The notes beneath the pieces were generated by a model. It was not told where the DNA came from, made no database searches, and worked only from the letters and a program-made list of their open reading frames with translations. This document shows positions 54,089 through 62,460 of a DNA stretch of 64,000 nucleotides, piece after piece. Within the stretch, counting starts at the first letter, position 1. The number at the start of each line of letters is the position of its first letter. The translations under genes and the position numbers were made by a program. The stretch comes from Candidatus Nanoarchaeia archaeon (GTDB lineage Archaea > Nanobdellota > Nanobdellia > Pacearchaeales > GW2011-AR1), in NCBI GenBank assembly GCA_028711165.1, contig JAQTST010000001.1, positions 14,708 through 78,707 of the forward strand, written 5' to 3'.

Positions 54089-55275
54089 AAAAAGATATCA
54101 TTGAAGATAAAAATCTCCCTGTAATAATATTTGGTGCAGGTATTGTTGGTGAAGCATTATTTAATGTGTGCAATGAGGTGGGGGTTAAAGTTGAATCTTT
54201 TTGCGACAATAATAAAAATAAAACAAAATTAAATAAATGCGGGACAAAGGTATTTACCCCTGCTGAAATAAAAGAGGAATATGGGGATGCAAATTTTTTA
54301 ATATCTGCTGCGGATATAAAAGATGTTGTTGATCAATTAGAAGAGTTGGGGTTTTCAAAATGGTATGCTGGCAGTTTGTTGTTAAAAGATTTTAACGTCG
54401 ATAAATATAAATTTAATGCTTTGGGAGATTTTGTCAGATATGCTGTTGATACCTGTATTTTATGTCAAGACAATTATCTAAATCCAAATAAACTTTTTTT
54501 AAGAAGTGTGGATTTAATCATCACTGAACGCTGTTCTTTAAAATGCAAGAACTGTTCCAATCTTATGCAGTATTATGAAAAACCAAAAGATTGTGATTAC
54601 AGAGAATTGAAAAAATCTATAGATTCATTTTGTAACATCGCTGACGAGATTAATGAATTCAGAATTTTGGGGGGGGAACCGTTTATGAATAAAGATTTTG
54701 ATTTAACAATAAAAAGATTAATTAATGAGCCCAAGGTTAAAAAAGTTGTAATTTACACAAACGGTACAATAGTGCCTGAAGAAAACAAAATTGACAGTTT
54801 GAAAGATGATAAGGTACTTTTACTGATTACAGATTATAATAACCTTTCAAGAAAATTAGAAAATTTAACTGAGAAATTGTCAAAAAAAGATATTTCTTTT
54901 TATGTACAAAAAGCACAAGGATGGACTAATTGTAGTGATATATTCAAACATTATAGAAATATTGAAGAACAGAAAAAAATCTTTCAAAATTGTTGTGCTC
55001 GAAATACTTTTACATTATCGAACGGAAAATTATACAGATGTCCTTTTTCTGCAAATGCCGACAGACTTAGAGCAGTTCCGAATCTTGAGAGAGATTATAT
55101 AAATATTTTTAAGGAGAAAAATGTCCAAGAGATGAAAGAAGAAATTAAAGAGTTTATTATGAAAAAAGATTTCCTTGAAACATGTGATTATTGCAATGGG
55201 AGGTCATTTGGAGATACTGAAATAGAACCTGCAATTCAAATAAAAAAATCCTTGGAATATAAAAAATATGAATGA
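54085..55275 (+). CDS. radical SAM protein with N-terminal Rossmann-like (NeuD/PglD-N or C-methyltransferase-C-like) domain
   Basis: 'LPVIIFGAGIVGEALFNVCNEVGVKVESFCDNNKNK', then 'CSLKCKNCSN', 'LGGEPFMN', C-terminal 'CCARN...YRCPFS...CDYCNG'. Confidence 0.75.
   Translation: MKKDIIEDKNLPVIIFGAGIVGEALFNVCNEVGVKVESFCDNNKNKTKLNKCGTKVFTPAEIKEEYGDANFLISAADIKDVVDQLEELGFSKWYAGSLLLKDFNVDKYKFNALGDFVRYAVDTCILCQDNYLNPNKLFLRSVDLIITERCSLKCKNCSNLMQYYEKPKDCDYRELKKSIDSFCNIADEINEFRILGGEPFMNKDFDLTIKRLINEPKVKKVVIYTNGTIVPEENKIDSLKDDKVLLLITDYNNLSRKLENLTEKLSKKDISFYVQKAQGWTNCSDIFKHYRNIEEQKKIFQNCCARNTFTLSNGKLYRCPFSANADRLRAVPNLERDYINIFKEKNVQEMKEEIKEFIMKKDFLETCDYCNGRSFGDTEIEPAIQIKKSLEYKKYE
54669..54676 (+). repeat. G8 homopolymer inside a radical SAM gene
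   Basis: 'ttggggggggaacc' encodes L-G-G-E (the GGEP motif). Confidence 0.9.
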
Positions 55276-56362
55276 ATTAAAACAGAATGAATTAGAGAAG
55301 AGAAGTTGGTTAAAAGAGAATAAACCAAGAGTTTATGAAAAGGTTTCAAAATTCGCTGAAAAAGCAAAAAGGGGAGAGAGCATTGCGATAATTCAATTTC
55401 AGTATGATTATACTTGCAATTTTAAATGCCCGCATTGTTCAGTAAAAAGATTTCAGGGAAAAAAGCAAGGCAGATATTTTACGATTAAAGATGTCGAAGA
55501 ACTTTCACGGCAGGCTGATGAAATGGGGCTTGCAAATATGGTAATTACGGGAGGAGAACCATTGGTATTTCGGGATTTGGATTATTTAGTTAAAGCAATC
55601 GATCCTAAAAAATTTTATATTTCTTCAGATACAAATGGGTGGTTGTTAAATTATGAAAAAGCAAAACATTTGAAAGAAATTGGTATTGATAAAATTCAAT
55701 TAAGTCTTGACAGCATTACAGAAAATAATTCAGAGAATTTTCATGGAAAGGGAAAAACAAACGGTTGGGCATTAAAAGCTCTTGATGCATCATTAAAAGC
55801 TGAATTAAATACAATTGTTCAGACAGTCGTTACAAAACAGAGAGTTCGGTCAAAGGAGTTTATTGATTTCTTAGAATACCTAAATAAAAAAGATGTGGGA
55901 GTTTTTGTCACTTATGCAAAACCTGTTGGGGCATGGGAAGGAAATTTTGATATTCTCGTCGATAAAGAAGATATGAATTATGTAAAAGAACTGGAAAAAA
56001 GATATAAGGTTTTCACACATTTAACTCCTTCATACGGACTTGACTTGGGATGTATTGCAGTCAAAAGAATGATATCAATTACAAAATATGGAGATGTTAT
56101 GCCTTGTCCTTATATTCATGTTTCACTTGGAAATTTTTTTAAAGAACCGTTAAAAGATATTGTCGAGAGAGGCTTAAAAATAAAATATTTTGGAAATCAT
56201 TGTGATACTTGCCTTATTGCAGAAGACAGGAATTTTATTGACAAATACGTTGTTGGCAGAATATATAACAAACCTCTTCCAGTGCCCTATGATAGGGTAT
56301 TTGATAAAGAGGATTTTATTGAAAAACCTGATTTTGTAAAAAAAGATATCTTAACTCAATAA
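55268..56362 (+). CDS. radical SAM protein with SPASM/twitch-like C-terminus
   Basis: 'CNFKCPHCS', 'ITGGEPLV', 'VMPCPYIH...HCDTCL'. Confidence 0.85.
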   Translation: MNELKQNELEKRSWLKENKPRVYEKVSKFAEKAKRGESIAIIQFQYDYTCNFKCPHCSVKRFQGKKQGRYFTIKDVEELSRQADEMGLANMVITGGEPLVFRDLDYLVKAIDPKKFYISSDTNGWLLNYEKAKHLKEIGIDKIQLSLDSITENNSENFHGKGKTNGWALKALDASLKAELNTIVQTVVTKQRVRSKEFIDFLEYLNKKDVGVFVTYAKPVGAWEGNFDILVDKEDMNYVKELEKRYKVFTHLTPSYGLDLGCIAVKRMISITKYGDVMPCPYIHVSLGNFFKEPLKDIVERGLKIKYFGNHCDTCLIAEDRNFIDKYVVGRIYNKPLPVPYDRVFDKEDFIEKPDFVKKDILTQ

Positions 56363-56372
56363 TATTTTTAAA
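56363..56372 (+). promoter_or_regulatory. TATA-like box (internal promoter in the long plus-strand gene array)
   Basis: 'tatttttaaa' lies 22-31 nt upstream of the ATG at 56394. Confidence 0.3.
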
Positions 56373-56393
56373 CAGATTAATCAGATTTTGATT

Positions 56394-58025
56394 ATGAAAC
56401 TTAGTGATTATGTGACTTCTTTTACAGAGAAAATGACTGACAGTATTTTTTTAGTTTCTGGCGGGGGGATTATGCATCTTGTTGATTCTATTGGGAGAAG
56501 TAATCTTGACAGCTACTGCTGCCATCATGAACAAGCGTGTGCATTGGCTGCTGAAGGATATGCCAGAATGAAAAATGATATTGGTGTTATTTGCGTTACA
56601 ACAGGGCCGGGAGGAACAAATGCAATTACAGGAGTTGCGGCAAGCTGGATGGACGGAATTCCTATGATGGTAATTTCCGGACAGGTGAGAAGAGAAATAA
56701 TGCTAAAAGAAAAAGATAAAAAAAGAGGATTAAGGCAAATCGGTCCTCAGGAACTTAATATCGTTGATGTTGTTAAACCAATCACAAAATATGCTGCGAC
56801 TGTAATGAATCCTAATGAGATAAAATATCATTTAGAAAAAGCAAGTTATATTGCTAAAGAAGGCAAGCCCGGACCTGTTTGGATTGATATACCTTTAGAT
56901 GTTCAGAGTTCTGAAATTGATGAAGAAACTTTAAAAAATTTTTCAGTTCCAAAAAAACAAAAGCTACATATTCCTCTTGAGAAAATTGTCAATGAATTAG
57001 AAAAATCAAAAAAACCATTGATGCTCGTTGGACATGGAGTTAGGCTTGCGGGAGCTTATGATTTATTGTGGGAGTTTATTGAGAAATCTAAAATTAATGT
57101 TGTCTCAGCAATGAGCGGGGATGATTTAGTAAATGAAGATTATCCTTATTACCTTGGCAAGCAAGGAATGACTGGAACAAAGGCAGCAAATTATGCCGTC
57201 GATAATTGTGATTTATTACTTGTTCTTGGAACGAGAATGCAAATGAGACAGACATCTTTTGATTATGATAAATTTGCTAAAAAAGCTAAGAAAATTATGG
57301 TAGATATTGATAAAGCCGAGCTAGATAAAATTAATTTTAAACCGAATATAAAAGTAGAATCTGATGCAAAAGATTTTTTAGAAAATATCTTGGAAAAAGA
57401 GATTAGATTAAATCGGTGGCAGGTTAATACAGAACCTATTCTTTATGAAAGCAAAAAAAATTTTATAGATATTTATGAATTTTTCCAAGAAGGATTAAAT
57501 GGGAAATGTGATTTTCCGATTATTACATCAAATGGGATGACTGCTGAAGTTACTCACCAAGCTGCGAGATTAAAAAAAGGACAGAGATTGATAACAAATA
57601 CTGCTCTTGGTGAAATGGGGAAGGGGTTGCCGATGGCGATTGGAGCATGTATTGCAAATAAGAAAAAACCTGTAATCTGTATGGAAGGCGATGGTTCGAT
57701 AATGATGAATCTTCAGGAATTAGAAACAATGAAATATCATAATCTCCCATTGAAAGTTTTTATTTTTAATAATGGAGGTTACTATTCTATAAGAAATACC
57801 CACAGGAAATTTTTTAATAAAATTTTTGCTGCGGATGAAGAATCGGGAGTAAGTCTTCCCAACTGGGAAAATTTGATTAATGGGTGGGGGATTAAATATG
57901 AAAAAATAAAAAATAAAAATGATTTGTATAAGATTAAAAATATTTTAGATTATCACGGGCCAGTTGTTTGTGAACTGATGATTGATCCAGAACAAAAGGG
58001 ACTTCCGAAATGGAGTGCAAAATGA
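56394..58025 (+). CDS. ThDP-dependent acetolactate-synthase-like carboligase (YerE-like candidate)
   Basis: 'TTGPGGTNAITG', ThDP motif 'GDGSIMMNLQELET...FNNGGY'. First ATG at 56394; the ORF-track start is a TTG. Confidence 0.8.
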   Translation: MKLSDYVTSFTEKMTDSIFLVSGGGIMHLVDSIGRSNLDSYCCHHEQACALAAEGYARMKNDIGVICVTTGPGGTNAITGVAASWMDGIPMMVISGQVRREIMLKEKDKKRGLRQIGPQELNIVDVVKPITKYAATVMNPNEIKYHLEKASYIAKEGKPGPVWIDIPLDVQSSEIDEETLKNFSVPKKQKLHIPLEKIVNELEKSKKPLMLVGHGVRLAGAYDLLWEFIEKSKINVVSAMSGDDLVNEDYPYYLGKQGMTGTKAANYAVDNCDLLLVLGTRMQMRQTSFDYDKFAKKAKKIMVDIDKAELDKINFKPNIKVESDAKDFLENILEKEIRLNRWQVNTEPILYESKKNFIDIYEFFQEGLNGKCDFPIITSNGMTAEVTHQAARLKKGQRLITNTALGEMGKGLPMAIGACIANKKKPVICMEGDGSIMMNLQELETMKYHNLPLKVFIFNNGGYYSIRNTHRKFFNKIFAADEESGVSLPNWENLINGWGIKYEKIKNKNDLYKIKNILDYHGPVVCELMIDPEQKGLPKWSAK

Positions 58026-58693
58026 AAATAGAATCAATAATATTTGATTTTGATGGGGTGCTTGTAAAATCGAATCAAATAAGAAATCAGACTTATTTTG
58101 ATATATTGAGCCATGTACCAAATTCTAAAAAAATAATAGAAGAGGCAATTGCAGAAGATTCAAAAAGAGACAGATATGGAATTATCGAGGCTGTTTTGCA
58201 AGAATTGAAAGATAAAAATTTAATGCAGTTTGAAGATTTAGGAGAAGAAACAGAAAAATATGTTTGCAGGTATAATTGGATTACAGAGAGGAAAGTTTCA
58301 ATAGCTACAGAAGTACCCGGAGCTGAAAAAAGTTTAGAAATGTTAAGCCAAGAATATCCTTTGTTTATTGTTACAGGAACAATTCAAAAAAGTATAGATA
58401 TAGTTTTAAAAAATAGAGAGATGCAAAAATATTTCAAAAAAGTTTATGGGGGATTCAGAGACAAAAAAGAAGGTATGACTATCTTAATAAAAGAACAGAG
58501 GATAAAACAAAGAAGTTCTATTTTTGTTGGAGATGGAAAATCAGATTATGAATGTGCGAGATATCTTTCAATGCCCTTTATAGGAATAATGAATGAAACA
58601 AATGATTTTGAAAAGAGACAAGATGTTATGTGGAAATTGTATGATTTAGAAAAATTACCTAATGTAATCAGAGAGATAAAAGAGAATGAATGA
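58022..58693 (+). CDS. HAD-superfamily hydrolase
   Basis: 'IIFDFDGVLV' (DxDG motif I), 'VGDGKSDYECA' (motif IV). ATGA overlap upstream. Confidence 0.75.
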   Translation: MKIESIIFDFDGVLVKSNQIRNQTYFDILSHVPNSKKIIEEAIAEDSKRDRYGIIEAVLQELKDKNLMQFEDLGEETEKYVCRYNWITERKVSIATEVPGAEKSLEMLSQEYPLFIVTGTIQKSIDIVLKNREMQKYFKKVYGGFRDKKEGMTILIKEQRIKQRSSIFVGDGKSDYECARYLSMPFIGIMNETNDFEKRQDVMWKLYDLEKLPNVIREIKENE

Positions 58694-60005
58694 AGAAAAA
58701 AAGTTAAGAAAAGAAATTTTGGAAAGAGTTAAACAGATATATAATTTAAGAAAAGAAAATGAAAAGTTTACTCCTGGAATTGACAGAGTTAATTATTCAG
58801 GAAGAGTTTTTGACGAAAAAGAGATGTTAGCTCTTGTGAATAGCTCTCTTGATTTTTGGCTAACTCTCGGGAAGGAAGGAAAAGAGTTTGAAAAAAAATT
58901 TGGAGATTATCTGGGGTTGGAAAAAGTAATTGTTTGTAATTCTGGCTCTTCTGCAAATTTACTTGCAATAAGTTCTCTGTGCTCTCCGACGATTGATAAT
59001 CCATTAAAAAGGGGAGAAGAGATTATAACAACTGCCGCAACTTTTCCTACGACATTAGCTCCGATAATCCAGAATAACTTAATTCCAGTTTTTATCGATA
59101 TAAACTTGGGGGATTATAACATTCAAGCAGAAAAAATTGAAAAAGCAGTTTCAAAAAAAACAAGAGCTATCTTTTTTGCTCATACATTAGGAAATCCTGC
59201 AGATATGGAAAAAATAATGCGGATAGCAGATAGATATCATCTTTATGTTATTGAAGATACCTGTGATGCTCTTGATTCAAAATATGATGGAAAGTTAGTA
59301 GGAACTTTTGGAGACATATCTACATATAGTTTTTATGCCGCTCACCACATAACTATGGGGGAGGGGGGCGCATTAGCAACAAATAATTCTAAAATTGCAA
59401 GAGCAATATTATCCCTGAGAGATTGGGGAAGAGACTGTCTCTGTCCAACTGGAGAAAAAAATCCTCTTGGTGCATGCGAGAGCAGATTCAAACATAAATT
59501 TCCTCTGCTTCCTGAAGGATATGATCATAAATATGTTTACAGCAATATTGGGTATAATTTAAAACCGTTAGATTTGCAATGTACAATTGGAATAGAACAG
59601 TTAGAAAAATTACCCGAATTTTCAAAAAAGAGAAAAGAGAATTTTCAACAGATTTATAATACATTCTCAAAATATGAAAATAAATTAATTTTACCGTCGT
59701 GGAATCCAAAAGCAGATGTTTCCTGGTTTGCATTTCCTATCACTGTAAAAGAAAATGCGGGATTTGGAAGAAGAGATATTGTAAATTTTCTGGAGAATAA
59801 AAAAATTGAAACTAGAATGTTATTTGGAGGAAATATTTTAAGACAACCGGGTTTTACTAAAATAAAAAAGAGAATTGTAGGAGATTTAATAAATACAGAC
59901 AGAGTTTTGAATGATACTTTTTTTATTGGAGTTTATCCCGGATTGACTAAAGAGAAAATCAATTATGTATGTGAAAGCATTGAAGATTTTTTTAAGAAGT
60001 ACTAG
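58686..60005 (+). CDS. rfbH: CDP-6-deoxy-4-hexulose 3-dehydrase (E1; RfbH/DdhC-like PMP enzyme)
   Basis: About 439 aa. 'SSLDFWLT', 'RDWGRDCLCPTGEKNPLGACESRF' (Cys-rich Fe-S region typical of RfbH), DegT-like fold. Confidence 0.8.
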   Translation: MNEEKKLRKEILERVKQIYNLRKENEKFTPGIDRVNYSGRVFDEKEMLALVNSSLDFWLTLGKEGKEFEKKFGDYLGLEKVIVCNSGSSANLLAISSLCSPTIDNPLKRGEEIITTAATFPTTLAPIIQNNLIPVFIDINLGDYNIQAEKIEKAVSKKTRAIFFAHTLGNPADMEKIMRIADRYHLYVIEDTCDALDSKYDGKLVGTFGDISTYSFYAAHHITMGEGGALATNNSKIARAILSLRDWGRDCLCPTGEKNPLGACESRFKHKFPLLPEGYDHKYVYSNIGYNLKPLDLQCTIGIEQLEKLPEFSKKRKENFQQIYNTFSKYENKLILPSWNPKADVSWFAFPITVKENAGFGRRDIVNFLENKKIETRMLFGGNILRQPGFTKIKKRIVGDLINTDRVLNDTFFIGVYPGLTKEKINYVCESIEDFFKKY

Positions 60006-60006
60006 A

Positions 60007-61470
60007 TTAATTATTTTTTTCACTAAGGTATAACAAATCATATTTTCTTATCAAAGAAAAATTTTCAGCATCAATAGGTTCACCAATGCCAATCCCATAT
60101 TTTATAGAACTATAATCTGTGTTATCGTGTGTATTTTTGCTCATTCCCCCTGAAATCCAGATTTGTCTTCTGTCCTGAATATTTGGAATAGGCATAAATG
60201 TTTTTTCAAATAAGATAGTTTGATTATTCAAAAAGAGATTATAATCTTCGATGCTTACAAATTCTTTGACATCATCTCCCCAGTACAAATGGGAAATTTT
60301 TTGAAAATTATCATTTTCATTTCCGACGATAAAAGTTTCTTCAGGAAATTCTTCAACTATCTTTTTTATATCATTCTGGAAGATAATATTTTTATTTTCA
60401 GAAATTTCTATGTTATTAAATTTAGATAAGATAGAGGAAAATTCTTCAATATTTGTAGAGTAATTTATTTGTATAGCATAAGGGATTATAACTAAGAGAG
60501 ATATAACTGAAAAGATAGCTATTTGCTTCCTGAATTGTTTCTCTGTAAGTTTTGGAATTAATTCTAGAAGAATTATGGGAGTCAACAATAAAAGATAACG
60601 GATTTGGGGATTTTTTAGCAGGATTAAAAAGCTCAGAAAGAGGAAAATAAGTGTTTTTTTGTTATCTCTCCAATCTTCTTTAGAAAATAATTTATAAGTA
60701 AAAAAAGGCAGGAATAGGAGAAGGGATAAAAAAGTTACAAAGGGAAATGAAGAACCCATAGTTCCATAAACTCCCTGGAAAAAAGCTGCCGTGATAATTC
60801 CTGATAAATATCTTAATATTCCTATAAAAGCAAAATTAAACAAATAATTATCTAAGATTAGTTTAGGAAGAAGTCCGACAAATAAGAAGAGGACAAATAA
60901 AATAGAATGATAAAATTTTTTATTGTAAAAAAAAGCGAGGAAAAGTGCAATCAGTAAAAATAATGCGCCATCCCAGAAACCCCATGATAGCCCCATTAAA
61001 ATGCCTGAAAGAATTAAAGATTTAATCTTTTCAGTTTTATCATATTTTTTAATGAAAAAGTATGCCCATAAAAATAATAAAGAAGATAATTGGATAGAGT
61101 TTATCCACGGTGCCATATACCAAACAACAGGAGACAGAATCATAAGCCAAAATATTTTTTTATTTTTCCCGCTAATCCAAAAAGCAGAGTATGTTAAGAG
61201 TAATAAAAAAATCAAACTTAATATTTTGAAAATGAGGAAATTATCGAATAAAGAAAGTAATGGCGAGACTAAAAAACCGTACAGATAAGAATGTGAAGAA
61301 CGAATATCTGCATTTAAATCTCCAGAAAAATATTTTGCAACATCAGAATAATCTCCGACGTCAGTAGAGCCTTCATAAGTTGTTAAAAGAGTTACAGAAA
61401 TGAGTAATATTAATAATAACAAGATTATCCAATTCTTTTTTAAAGAAAGAAATTTATCAAAAATTTTCAT
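60007..61470 (-). CDS. polytopic membrane protein, probable GT-C fold glycosyltransferase
   Basis: About 10 hydrophobic spans. First-loop acidic motif 'DVGDYSDVAKYF', comparable to 'HDEAEYLSAAKYW' of 4913..6466. Soluble C-terminal domain of about 150 aa. Confidence 0.45.
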   Translation of the reverse strand: MKIFDKFLSLKKNWIILLLLILLISVTLLTTYEGSTDVGDYSDVAKYFSGDLNADIRSSHSYLYGFLVSPLLSLFDNFLIFKILSLIFLLLLTYSAFWISGKNKKIFWLMILSPVVWYMAPWINSIQLSSLLFLWAYFFIKKYDKTEKIKSLILSGILMGLSWGFWDGALFLLIALFLAFFYNKKFYHSILFVLFLFVGLLPKLILDNYLFNFAFIGILRYLSGIITAAFFQGVYGTMGSSFPFVTFLSLLLFLPFFTYKLFSKEDWRDNKKTLIFLFLSFLILLKNPQIRYLLLLTPIILLELIPKLTEKQFRKQIAIFSVISLLVIIPYAIQINYSTNIEEFSSILSKFNNIEISENKNIIFQNDIKKIVEEFPEETFIVGNENDNFQKISHLYWGDDVKEFVSIEDYNLFLNNQTILFEKTFMPIPNIQDRRQIWISGGMSKNTHDNTDYSSIKYGIGIGEPIDAENFSLIRKYDLLYLSEKNN

Positions 61471-61598
61471 CAGTTTAGGAGATAAACAGAGTTTTTATTT
61501 TTTGAGTATCTGGGATAGTATATTCAGGAAAATTATATATTGGATAAGAATATCTAAACTACATAAAGCCTTAAAAGCAAAGTTCATATTTGTTTTTT
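61471..61598. promoter_or_regulatory. divergent promoter region with two TATA-like boxes
   Basis: 'gtttttattt' (61491..61500) lies 21-30 nt upstream of the minus-strand ATG (61470). 'ccttaaaagc' (61569..61578) lies 21-30 nt upstream of the ATG at 61599. Confidence 0.4.
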
Positions 61599-62459
61599 AT
61601 GAAAATTGGTGTAGTTGGTGTGGGTATTGTTGGTGGAGCTACAGCAAAAGTTCTAGAAAAAAAGCATGATATTTATCTTTATGACAAATTTAAACCAGAA
61701 TATAATTCAGAAAAAAATCTTGAGAAACTTATTATTAATTCAGAAGTGATTTTTATTTGTGTTCCAACACCTATGAAAGTTACAGGAGAAATTGATTATT
61801 CCTCAATCTATAGTTCAATGAACCAGCTAAATAAAGAGATAAAAAAAGTTGAAAGGAATCCAGAGGATATTCTTATCACTGTGAGATCAACTGCAGTGTC
61901 AGGAACAACTGATAGACTCGCTAAGGAGTATCCGTTTAGGTTTGCATTTAATCCTGAATTTTTGAGAGAAAAATATTCAGTCGAAGATATGGAAAAAACA
62001 GACAGGGTAGTGATAGGAGCAAATGATGAGAAAAGCAGAGACCAACTAAGAGAAGTTTATGAATCTCTTTTTCCTGATGCAAAATATGTTATGGTTACAA
62101 GAAAAGAAGCGGAGATGATAAAGTATGCAGCAAATGTAACTCTGGCTGCGCAGATAGCAATTGCAAATGAAATTTATCAAATCTGTAGTGCTGCAGGGGT
62201 TAATTATAATACTGTAAAAGAGGCTATTTTACTAGATAAAAGAATTGGAAGCAATATTGATGTTCCTGGTCCTGATGGAGATTTTGGGTTTGGGGGAAAA
62301 TGTTTCCCAAAAGATTTGAAAGCATTGATAAGATTATCACAAGAAGAAGAATACGATCCTTACCTCCTTCAAGAAGTCTGGAGGACAAATGAAAAATTAA
62401 GGAAAGATAAAGATTGGTTGAATATTACGGGGGCAACCGCAAAAAATAATTATTTGTAA
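61599..62459 (+). CDS. UDP-glucose/GDP-mannose dehydrogenase-family protein, short form lacking the C-terminal UDP-binding domain
   Basis: '[12 protein letters not shown]', 'NPEFLREK', catalytic-Cys motif 'GGKCFPKDL'. It ends about 100 aa earlier than canonical enzymes. Confidence 0.7.
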   Translation: MKIGVVGVGIVGGATAKVLEKKHDIYLYDKFKPEYNSEKNLEKLIINSEVIFICVPTPMKVTGEIDYSSIYSSMNQLNKEIKKVERNPEDILITVRSTAVSGTTDRLAKEYPFRFAFNPEFLREKYSVEDMEKTDRVVIGANDEKSRDQLREVYESLFPDAKYVMVTRKEAEMIKYAANVTLAAQIAIANEIYQICSAAGVNYNTVKEAILLDKRIGSNIDVPGPDGDFGFGGKCFPKDLKALIRLSQEEEYDPYLLQEVWRTNEKLRKDKDWLNITGATAKNNYL

Positions 62460-62460
62460 A

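Noticed and set aside
36193-60005. Reading the C-methyltransferase, YerE-like, radical SAM and deoxysugar genes as a secondary-metabolite (macrolide/aminoglycoside-type) biosynthetic cluster.
   Set aside because: There are no PKS, NRPS, cyclitol or aglycone genes and no resistance or export pumps. Instead there are a Wzx flippase, a polyprenyl-phosphate GT2, two GT-C enzymes and many GT2/GT4 genes, which fits a lipid-linked cell-surface glycan. A soluble glycoconjugate product cannot be formally excluded.
61400-61669. An 89-aa plus-strand ORF that spans the 5' end of the GT-C gene, the divergent promoter region and the start of the dehydrogenase gene.
   Set aside because: It overlaps two supported CDSs and the intergenic promoter. 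Its sequence is low complexity. The in-frame 'MKIGVVGVG' start at 61599 explains the downstream part.
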